Positions 40,778 to 49,082 of a DNA stretch of 64,000 nt are shown in pieces (position 1 is the first letter of the stretch; each line of letters begins with the position of its first letter). Position numbers and translations under genes: made by a program. Location of the stretch: the NCBI GenBank assembly GCA_965197905.1, contig CBDAOB010000002.1:384001-448000 (forward strand), written 5' to 3'. The notes under the pieces were generated by a model. That model saw only the letters and a program-made list of their open reading frames with translations. It had not been told where the DNA came from and made no database searches. Source of the DNA: Candidatus Latescibacterota bacterium. GTDB lineage: Bacteria; Latescibacterota; UBA2968; UBA8231.

Positions 40778-42028
40778 TCATTCACCCGGCTTCGCTCTGC
40801 CCATCCTCGACCTGCTGAACGACCAGAACAACCCAGACCCCAACACCGAGATTGCCGCACCGGCCAGGAACATTTTCGAGAATCCTATGCCGGCAATAGC
40901 AAAGCCGCCGGCTATCGAGCTGAGCGAATAGCTCAATCCACCTGCCATGTTGAAAGCTCCGGCCATCGAGGTACGCCATTCTTGCGGAGCCAGCTCCTGG
41001 TGGTACACCGTGATCGCCGCATAACGCATGGTTGCAAGACCGGTAAGGACCAGGTAGGATGCGCCGGCGACCCACCATACGGGATAAAGGGCGATGGGAA
41101 GTATCGCGACGGCACCCATGATACTGGTGATAGCCACAACCGAGCCATGACGTAGGCGTTTGGTTAGAAACGGGGTGGCCAGGCCACCGATTCCTCCAGA
41201 CAGTTGCGCGCAGGCTAACAAGAGGCCGATCAACGCCGTTGACACACCCAAGCCTTCATCGAGATAGACATTGAAAAACGATTGAACGGCTCCGAACCCC
41301 AGGTACTGGATCATCGCTATGGTTGCCAAAAGCGCGATAAGGAAGCGCGGGCCGCTTTTCTTGCTGGTGTGCCCAGTCGTTCTGGGGCTCACCGGCGGTT
41401 CCGTCGTCGCGCTCAGGGCGAGAATCGCCGGGGCAAACAGGAGGCTGCCGATGAACAACGCCCATCCGTACGGAGCAGAGCTGTTGAGATCGACGGCGAG
41501 CACCGCCGCACACAGATCTGGCAGCACACCCCCAACCAGGCTCCCCACGACGCCGGCCAGCGGCCACATGGCTGTGTGGATCGAAAACGCGTGCGTTCTC
41601 TCGGCCCGACCCGTGACCGCCATCATAAACGGATGCGCGTTCACGATGTAGAGTGCGAACCCCAAAGAGCGTACGAGCCGCACCCCGATTAACCATTCTG
41701 CTCGCATCGGCACGGGGACGTATTCGGTAGCAGCTACTAGACCACTACACAGAGTCGCGATCACCGTTCCGACGATCATTGCCCGTCGGGTGCCGAGGCG
41801 TCGTCCTACCGCAGCCGCCGGAAGCCCGAAAAGGGCAAACGCAAACGAACTGGTCCCGTTCACCATGCCTAAGAATTCCGGACCGAATCCAAGCCGCAGT
41901 ATGTAGAGATTCAGCAGAACGCCAAAGATGCCCATGGAAGCTATCGTGAAACCGGCCAGGGCGGCCGACAGCAGGTAGAGTCGTACGCTCAAGCTCAGGC
42001 TCCGAACCGCGGAGGTGTAGGTGGTCAA
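40778..42028 (-). CDS. MFS transporter
   Basis: About 12 TM helices; motif A-like GRRLGTRR; LNLYILRLGF. Confidence 0.88.
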   Translation of the reverse strand: MTTYTSAVRSLSLSVRLYLLSAALAGFTIASMGIFGVLLNLYILRLGFGPEFLGMVNGTSSFAFALFGLPAAAVGRRLGTRRAMIVGTVIATLCSGLVAATEYVPVPMRAEWLIGVRLVRSLGFALYIVNAHPFMMAVTGRAERTHAFSIHTAMWPLAGVVGSLVGGVLPDLCAAVLAVDLNSSAPYGWALFIGSLLFAPAILALSATTEPPVSPRTTGHTSKKSGPRFLIALLATIAMIQYLGFGAVQSFFNVYLDEGLGVSTALIGLLLACAQLSGGIGGLATPFLTKRLRHGSVVAITSIMGAVAILPIALYPVWWVAGASYLVLTGLATMRYAAITVYHQELAPQEWRTSMAGAFNMAGGLSYSLSSIAGGFAIAGIGFSKMFLAGAAISVLGSGLFWSFSRSRMGRAKPGE

Positions 42029-42266
42029 CGAACCTCCGCCTGTTTGGAGATACTCAATGATGCCATCCGGGTGAATCCAGAAGAATCCATGACAGTCAAA
42101 GAAATACGATCACGGCCCGCGTTTTCGAAAGTCGGTTGACCCTGAAGGCGGACTCAAAGTGCTTCTTTGAGTCCAGGAACCGCGTTCGATTCCCCTGGTC
42201 TAGACAGGATCGAGACGGTTGTGCTTTGAGACCTTCAACATCTAAGTTAGCGAAGAGGAGTTTGAG

Positions 42267-44165
42267 ATGGTCCGATGTTCAAGAAGGCAGTGCTTCTTAA
42301 CGTTCTTGTGTCTTGGCGCGATTGCATTTTCGGCACCCCCAGCCGACGCATGCGGCGGCTTTTTCTGTACCACCTTCCCAATGAACCAGGTAGGAGAGCG
42401 TATCCTCTTCGTGGCGGACGGCGAAACGGTAACTACCCATGTGCAGATTCAGTACAGCGGCAGCGCCGAGGATTTCGCCTGGGTACTGCCGGTGCCCGTC
42501 TTACCCGAACTGGCCGTAAGCCACAACGAACTGTTTCGCCAATTGCAGTTTGCGACTCAACCCTCGTTTTTTCTCGAATGGCAGGAAAACGAAACATGCG
42601 GTTTCGTCGGCCCTCCCATTTTCCGGACCCTTGAGGAAGCCGCCGTAGACGATGGTGGAGTGCAGATTGTCGCTGAAGAACGGGTCGGACCCTACCAAAC
42701 AGCGGTGATCACTGCCGAAGACCCTGCCGCTGTCTCAGAATGGCTGAGCGCCAACGGGTACAACCTGGATGCACTGGGCGATGCATTGTTGGCGCCGTAC
42801 GTGGATGCCGGATTCTATTTCGTCGCCCTGCGCCTCGCCCCTGACCAGGGCATAGGCGACCTCCAACCCATCGCCCTCACCTACGCCGCGGAGAACCCAG
42901 GAATTCCCATTCGGTTGACGGCCGTAGCGACTGAGCCGAACATGGGCGTGCTGGTCTGGGTTCTTGGAGAGCATCGCGCCATACCCAATAACTATCTTCA
43001 CGTGCAGATCAACGAGGCCCGCATCGACTGGTTCAATGGCGGATTCAACTACAACGACGTCGTTACCGAGGCAGCCGACGAGGCCGGCGGCCAGGCGTTT
43101 GTGACGGATTACGCCGGACCCGGTGTTATCATGGACGATCGTTTGTTCGATGAGAAACGGGTAGACCTGCAGCGCCTGCGAGAGATTGATGATCCGGCAG
43201 AGTTCCTCGACGTGACCCTGACCCAGGGCCTTCCTCGTGATGACCAGATGCGCGCCTTGATCCGTCGACACATACCGATGTCGGAGGAAGTTTTGGAGGA
43301 GGGCGTGCTGGAGATCGTTTTCGGCGGAGATCGGGAAGCATACCGGCGGGCCCAGGAACAAGATCAGCTCTTGTCGATTGCAGAGTCATCCTTCTACAAC
43401 AACATGCGGGCGTACGAAGAGTATATGGACGACTTTGAATTTGACCCGGCCGCCCTGGTTGAGGATTTGCAGTCGGTCGTCGTCGACCCGCTGAGACAGG
43501 TCCAGGAGTTGTTCCAACAGGATAGTTATTTGACCCGCCTCTTCACCACACTCTCTGCCGAAGAAATGACTGTGGACCCGATGTTTTCGTTCAATCCCGA
43601 TCTTGCGCCTGTCGAGAATCTGCGCAGCGCAATGGCGCACTGGGAATGCCCCGACAAGGATCGCGAGGAGATACAGGTCGAGGAGCTGACCTTGGTGGTC
43701 ACGCTGAAAGACGGCCGCGAGATTCGCTCACAACCGTTTGTCGAGGGCGGTCCCCGTCCGATCCCCGTTCAACCTGCCGCCGCCGTCGTGGAGCGCATGA
43801 GCGACAGCGGCCCTCCGGAGTTGATTCGGAGACTCACCTGGGTCAAGGCTGGCGCCACGGTGGAGACGAGACCATTGCGGTGGTCTCTGCTTCCCAACTA
43901 TCCCAATCCATTCAACTCGGGAACAACCATCCCGATTTTCGTAACATCCGTGGGCGATGGCCGGACGAGAGCTGCTCTTCGCATCTACAACCTCGCGGGC
44001 CAGGAGGTGCGTTCGCTAATCGCCGGCCTGGCGCGACCGGGCATGAACTATCTCTCATGGGATGGCACAGACGAGAACGGGCGGGCGATGGCCAGCGGAG
44101 TTTACCTGGCACGACTCGATGACACCGAATCGACGAAGACCCGGAAACTGCTATTGTTGCGCTAG
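42267..44165 (+). CDS. Secreted DUF2330-family protein with a C-terminal T9SS-A/FlgD-Ig-like sorting domain
   Basis: Signal peptide then ACGGFFC, FAWVLPVP, WL..NGY, IPIRLT, LTRL.T; tail NYPNPFN..IYNLAGQEVR..WDG.D..G...ASGVYL.RL...KLLLLR. Confidence 0.85.
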   Translation: MVRCSRRQCFLTFLCLGAIAFSAPPADACGGFFCTTFPMNQVGERILFVADGETVTTHVQIQYSGSAEDFAWVLPVPVLPELAVSHNELFRQLQFATQPSFFLEWQENETCGFVGPPIFRTLEEAAVDDGGVQIVAEERVGPYQTAVITAEDPAAVSEWLSANGYNLDALGDALLAPYVDAGFYFVALRLAPDQGIGDLQPIALTYAAENPGIPIRLTAVATEPNMGVLVWVLGEHRAIPNNYLHVQINEARIDWFNGGFNYNDVVTEAADEAGGQAFVTDYAGPGVIMDDRLFDEKRVDLQRLREIDDPAEFLDVTLTQGLPRDDQMRALIRRHIPMSEEVLEEGVLEIVFGGDREAYRRAQEQDQLLSIAESSFYNNMRAYEEYMDDFEFDPAALVEDLQSVVVDPLRQVQELFQQDSYLTRLFTTLSAEEMTVDPMFSFNPDLAPVENLRSAMAHWECPDKDREEIQVEELTLVVTLKDGREIRSQPFVEGGPRPIPVQPAAAVVERMSDSGPPELIRRLTWVKAGATVETRPLRWSLLPNYPNPFNSGTTIPIFVTSVGDGRTRAALRIYNLAGQEVRSLIAGLARPGMNYLSWDGTDENGRAMASGVYLARLDDTESTKTRKLLLLR

Positions 44166-44205
44166 TCTTCCTCGCAGTCTGCCGCATGATCGGATCCGCT
44201 GACCG

Positions 44206-45327
44206 GTGCGTTTCTTCCTTATGAAATCGATTCTCGCCTGTGGTTTTGTCTCGTTGCTGGCGACTGAACCTGCGGACGGTCAGTTTTTCGCCGATCCCGC
44301 GCTCCAGACTCAAGTTCGCTCGGCGCTGGGTGAGGGGAACGGTTCCTTTCGTTCCGAAAGTTTTGACGGATTGCGCTATCTAATGGCGGGGAATGCCTCG
44401 ATCGCCAGCTTGCAAGGCCTCGAGCAAGCCGGCAACCTTGACCTCTTACAGCTCCACCGCAACCGTATTACATCCCTCCAGCCGCTCTCCTCACTGCGCA
44501 AACTCTCCTGGCTGGATCTGGAACAGAACCGCATCCGAGATCTGGTTCCGCTCGAGAATCTTCGCGAGCTGGAACATCTGAATCTGCAGTCCAACCGGGT
44601 GGTAGATCTAAGCCCTCTAAAGGATCTGACCCACCTGCGGAGTCTTTGGGCAGGGAACAATCTAGTCAGTGAATTGCGGCCGCTGGTCCATCTATTTCAC
44701 TTGGAGGATCTGGGTCTGGCCAAGAATCGGATCTACGACCTGCGACCGTTGGCGGGCTTGGTACACCTCAACAAGCTGCACCTATCGCAGAATTCCGTGG
44801 ATGATTTGGGACCGCTGTCGGGAATGGCGGAGATGGAGCACCTCAGCTTCGCCGGCAACCAGGTGTCTGACCTCATGCCCCTGGCCGGGTTGAAACATCT
44901 GGTGCATCTTGCGGCACATGGCAATCACGTGACGGACGTGGAGCCCCTGAGCAATCTTCACAGCCTTAGGTTTCTGCGACTGACAGACAACCAGATCTCT
45001 AATCTCGAGGGACTGGGCGGTTTGGATAACCTCGTGGAGTTGCGAATATCCAACAACGAATTGTCGGACCTGGCTGCCCTTTCGACTTTGGTCCGGTTGG
45101 AGGTTCTTGAGGCGGGTCACAATAGCGTCTCCGATCTTTGCCCGCTTTCGTCGTTGCATCATCTGGAAGTCCTGCAGATTCCCGGCAACGAGGTCTCCGA
45201 TTTGACCCCAGTGATGTCACTGGAGCGACTTAAGGTCCTGGAAGTCTGGGGCAACCCGCTAAATGCGGTAGCGAAGAATCGGCAGATTCCATCCCTGGAG
45301 TCGAGAGGCATCACAGTTTCCTGGTAG
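44206..45327 (+). CDS. Secreted internalin-like leucine-rich repeat protein
   Basis: Signal peptide, FADPAL cap, and about 14 22-aa repeats of L..L..L..L.L..N.I.D. Confidence 0.9.
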   Translation: MRFFLMKSILACGFVSLLATEPADGQFFADPALQTQVRSALGEGNGSFRSESFDGLRYLMAGNASIASLQGLEQAGNLDLLQLHRNRITSLQPLSSLRKLSWLDLEQNRIRDLVPLENLRELEHLNLQSNRVVDLSPLKDLTHLRSLWAGNNLVSELRPLVHLFHLEDLGLAKNRIYDLRPLAGLVHLNKLHLSQNSVDDLGPLSGMAEMEHLSFAGNQVSDLMPLAGLKHLVHLAAHGNHVTDVEPLSNLHSLRFLRLTDNQISNLEGLGGLDNLVELRISNNELSDLAALSTLVRLEVLEAGHNSVSDLCPLSSLHHLEVLQIPGNEVSDLTPVMSLERLKVLEVWGNPLNAVAKNRQIPSLESRGITVSW

Positions 45328-45388
45328 GAAGGTGGATCTTCGCCTCGCTGCCTGCACGCAGGGGCGTTTTCAGACCACCACCACCGGT

Positions 45389-46288
45389 TCAGAAATTTTC
45401 GACGCTGCGCCAGCGCGGGACCTGCGACGGCATGTATGTGGGATGTCGAACTAGCTTTTCATCCATGTTGACGAGGGCTTCGACTCGTTCCCCGGTCGGT
45501 GGATGGCTTCGGAACAGCGCCGCACCAAGATCTTGCTCCACCGTGTGGATAAAGCGAAACCGGCGCAGATACCTTTCCAGCGAGTGGCTGTACTGTTGCA
45601 GTTTGTAGAGTGCCGACGCCAACCCCCGTGGGTCGCCTGTCAGTTTAGCAGCGTCCTCATCGGCGAGGCGCTCGCGGGTCCGCATAAACGCCGCCAGCAG
45701 TAGCGCTGCGCCGGTGGGAGCCAGGCCGAAAAGCGCGATCTCGGACCACAGGTTGTCACCCACGGTACCCCATGCCCCCGATACGAAAAGGAAGAGCAAC
45801 GCGAACCCGAAGAGGTGACTCAGGGAGGTTGTGGTTTGCACCACGACTCCGGCCAGCGCACTCAAGGAACTGTCCCTGTTTTTCAGATGGGCGAACTCGT
45901 GAGCGAGAACGCCAGTGATTTCGCGGCGATCCAAAAGACTCAGCAGGCCTGAGCTGACCGCCATCACCCCATGCGGTTTGCTTATTGCCAAGGCAAAGGC
46001 GTTTGGCATCTCGGACGGATACACCATCAGCTGAGGTGGCGGAATGGACGCCCTCGCGGCCAGCTCGCCGGCGATTCCGTGCAATAACGGAGCTTCCCAC
46101 GTCGCGACCTCCCGCGCCCTGTGAAACCGAAGAATCAACCCTGCACCCCTCGGCTGCGCGAGGCCCCTTATGGCTAACCCGATTCCCAAAACCAACAGGG
46201 CGCCTATCCAGCCGAACAAAGAATAGCTTATAGTGGAAAAAACTCCGAAGATGCCCAGTAGCAGCAGCGCCGATTTGATCCGGTGCAT
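45389..46288 (-). CDS. htpX: M48 zinc metalloprotease (HtpX family)
   Basis: PNAFA, GVLAHEFAH, R.RE..AD, LASAL.KL, SHPPT.ER. Confidence 0.9.
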   Translation of the reverse strand: MHRIKSALLLLGIFGVFSTISYSLFGWIGALLVLGIGLAIRGLAQPRGAGLILRFHRAREVATWEAPLLHGIAGELAARASIPPPQLMVYPSEMPNAFALAISKPHGVMAVSSGLLSLLDRREITGVLAHEFAHLKNRDSSLSALAGVVVQTTTSLSHLFGFALLFLFVSGAWGTVGDNLWSEIALFGLAPTGAALLLAAFMRTRERLADEDAAKLTGDPRGLASALYKLQQYSHSLERYLRRFRFIHTVEQDLGAALFRSHPPTGERVEALVNMDEKLVRHPTYMPSQVPRWRSVENF

Positions 46289-46475
46289 GATTTTCTCCCT
46301 GTTCAGTATCTGTAGACAAGGAAAGCAAATCTCGCACCTCTTCCTCTACTATTTTCGCAAGTGATTGATTATAAACCACTAGTAAGACCTTCACCCGATG
46401 CGATGAGGGTTGAGTGAGATGTCATTTGGCAGTGATAGGGATGGAGTGCCACCTGGACAGCCACGACAAAGGGTC

Positions 46476-49082
46476 TTAGGAGCCGAGCCGGGCCAGGAGT
46501 CGGTCGCGGATTTCCTCCAAAACAGAGAAGTTGAGAATCTTCTGATGGTGACTGTCTACCACGTAGAAGGCATCGGTTGCTCGGTTGGCGGCGGTGTTGA
46601 CGATTGCCATGTGGATGTCGAGATCCATCTCACCCAGGGAATGGGTAATCTCGTACAACAGGCCGACGGAGTCCGGCACCGTGACATCAATGACCGTATA
46701 GCGATCGGAAATCCGGTTCTCGAAATCCACTTCTGGAGGTCTCACCCCCCCGGCTCTTTTCCTTCGGTCCCACTGGGTGCTGTATTTTTCGAGAAGATCC
46801 TTCGCCTTGCGGCGCAGCGAGACGACTTCGTCCAACCGCGCCAGGACCCTCTTCTGCTTCCAGGCTGGAAGCTTGGGGTTGCCATCTACGTCGGTAACCT
46901 GAAAGATGTCGAGCACAAGGTTATCGTCACGAGTGTTCACATCGGCGCGGAGAATGTTGACGTCGTTGACGGCCAGCGCGCCGCAGATCTTCGCCAGCAA
47001 CTGACGCTGGTCTCGAGTGGCCACGAGGATCTCCGTGTGGTCCGGGTGTTCGACGAACTCTGCCAACAGCGGTGCTTCGCCTAACGAGTTTAGAAGACTC
47101 AGGTGAGTTTCGATCTCTTTCTGGTCATACGCCAGCAGGTAGCGAGTGGGAAGCTGTTCCACGTGCTCCTGGAAGGCAACCACCTTGAGGGGCGGCCAGC
47201 TCGGAACGATTTGCTCAAGGTGGGCGTCCAGCAGCTGCCGTGCCCGCTGCTTCTCCTCGAGGGTCTTCATGCCCGATTGCAGTTGCTCCCGAGTCTTGTG
47301 ATATAACTCCCAAAGCAGCGCAGCCTGCCAGTCGGTCCATGCTTCACTGGCAACCGCGGACAGATCTGCATAGGAGAGCAGATACAAAGCTGTGAGCCAA
47401 TCCATGGAGGCGAAGAGGCTGGCGAATTCGGCGATCATGAGATAGTCATCCAGGTCCCGCCGCTGGGCAACTATAACGAGATCCTGGTGGTGCTCGATGA
47501 GAAACAGAACATATCTCTGGTCATCCGGAGGCAGACCCAAACGTTGGAGCAGTTGGGTGGCCATCTCGATGCCACACGAAATGTGCTCCTTGCGTTTGGA
47601 CTTGCCGATGTCGTGCAACAGAATGGAAAGGTAGAGCAGATCGCGACGCTGAAGCTGGTCCAGAGCCTCCACCAGTCCCCGCTGATGGCTGGAGTCTGAC
47701 AAAGCCTCGATGTTGTCCATAGCAACAAGCGTGTGCTCATCCACAGTGTAGCGATGATAGATGTCGTATTGCACCAGACAGGTCAGGGCGCCGAACTCGG
47801 GTAGGTACGCTCCTAGAACGCCCAACTCGTGCATTTGACGCAGGGTTGGAGCAGTCCGGTACTTGCGGCGCAAGATGCGCATGAAGATATCCCTGGCCTC
47901 GGAGGACTGCCGCACGCGATCGTCGATCAGATCCAGTGACGCGCGCACCGCCCTTTGCGCCTCCTCGCTGAGGCGAAGTTTTTTGGCCTGGGCGATCTGA
48001 AAGATTCGCAGCAACCGAATCGGATCTTCGCGGAAGTACTTCGCGCCGGCGGGCACCACGATCTCCCCATCCACGGCGCTGACATCCCGCTCCAAAAGAA
48101 TGCTGCGATGACCGTTGCGCCGCCGCCGCGTCAGCCGTTCGAACGATAGCTCCACCAGGTGATAGATCGAGCGCGCATGGAGGTAGTACTCACGCATGAA
48201 CCGCTCTACCGCCAACTCCTGGCCGTTCTCCTCGTACCCTAACCGCTCGCCTATCTGTGCCTGCAGCTCGTGATCGAGTATATCGCTCCGTCGCCTGGCA
48301 CCAAAATGCATCTCGTGACGTACGCGCCACATGAAATCGCGGCCTGCAGCAAGAGTTTCGATATCCACCGCATCGAGGAACCGACCCAACAGCTCGCGAT
48401 CGACCGTCGGCTGCATCGCTTTCGACTTCAAGGCCCATTCCAACGCGCTTATTTCCCGGAGCCCCCCCGGACTCTCCTTCAGGTTCGGTTCCAGCAGCTG
48501 CACCGAGCTGCTGTTCTGGTGGCGTAGTTGGCGACCCTTTTGAAGGTTGGTAGCCAGACCCTTCGGAACGCGTTTGTAGAGGCGCTGTTGAAAATCCTCG
48601 AACAGGTCCTGGTCGCCGGTCAGCAAACGACCATCCATCATGGCCGTGCACGATTCCAGGTCGCCCTTCAACATCTTTGTGGCCTCGGAGATGGTCCGGC
48701 TGCTGTGTCCAACGTCGAATCCGAGGTCCCAGAGCGGGTGCAGGACTCCGGAAATCAGCTCGGGAGACTTGTGTTTTTCTTTGCGAAAAAGGAACAACAG
48801 ATCCACATCTGACATGGGCGCCATTTCCTGACGACCGTATCCACCAAGGGCAACCAGTGCGTGGTCGTGGATCGGGTGCTCGCGAAGAGCCGCCTCGTAC
48901 ACCTGCAGCACCAGCAAGTCCATAGCGTCGGATATCGCCCGTGCGGTCTCGATTCCGGTGGCGCCGTCCCTATGCCCCTGTCGAACACGCTCGAGTTCCA
49001 AACTCCAAAAGGTCGTCAGATCTGCCCTGGCGGCGGCTGTATCTTCTTGGAGCGTTGCGCCGCCGGAACTATCGTCGCTCAT
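46476..49082 (-). CDS. glnD: [Protein-PII] uridylyltransferase
   Basis: ALGGYGR..P.SDVDL, EPNLKESPGGLR, HRYTVDEH, LHDIGK and two C-terminal ACT domains. Confidence 0.95.
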   Translation of the reverse strand: MSDDSSGGATLQEDTAAARADLTTFWSLELERVRQGHRDGATGIETARAISDAMDLLVLQVYEAALREHPIHDHALVALGGYGRQEMAPMSDVDLLFLFRKEKHKSPELISGVLHPLWDLGFDVGHSSRTISEATKMLKGDLESCTAMMDGRLLTGDQDLFEDFQQRLYKRVPKGLATNLQKGRQLRHQNSSSVQLLEPNLKESPGGLREISALEWALKSKAMQPTVDRELLGRFLDAVDIETLAAGRDFMWRVRHEMHFGARRRSDILDHELQAQIGERLGYEENGQELAVERFMREYYLHARSIYHLVELSFERLTRRRRNGHRSILLERDVSAVDGEIVVPAGAKYFREDPIRLLRIFQIAQAKKLRLSEEAQRAVRASLDLIDDRVRQSSEARDIFMRILRRKYRTAPTLRQMHELGVLGAYLPEFGALTCLVQYDIYHRYTVDEHTLVAMDNIEALSDSSHQRGLVEALDQLQRRDLLYLSILLHDIGKSKRKEHISCGIEMATQLLQRLGLPPDDQRYVLFLIEHHQDLVIVAQRRDLDDYLMIAEFASLFASMDWLTALYLLSYADLSAVASEAWTDWQAALLWELYHKTREQLQSGMKTLEEKQRARQLLDAHLEQIVPSWPPLKVVAFQEHVEQLPTRYLLAYDQKEIETHLSLLNSLGEAPLLAEFVEHPDHTEILVATRDQRQLLAKICGALAVNDVNILRADVNTRDDNLVLDIFQVTDVDGNPKLPAWKQKRVLARLDEVVSLRRKAKDLLEKYSTQWDRRKRAGGVRPPEVDFENRISDRYTVIDVTVPDSVGLLYEITHSLGEMDLDIHMAIVNTAANRATDAFYVVDSHHQKILNFSVLEEIRDRLLARLGS

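Noticed and set aside
44380..45260. 66-bp periodicity
   Set aside because: Explained by the 22-aa leucine-rich repeats.
40612..46290. Integrative element at tRNA-Asp
   Set aside because: No integrase, no duplicated tRNA 3' end, and base composition similar to the core genes.
46290..46394. ORF start MKVLLVVYNQSLAKIVEE resembling a PII-like protein N-terminus after glnD
   Set aside because: The resemblance covers only about 20 aa, coincides with the AT-rich dyad motif, and runs out of frame into htpX.
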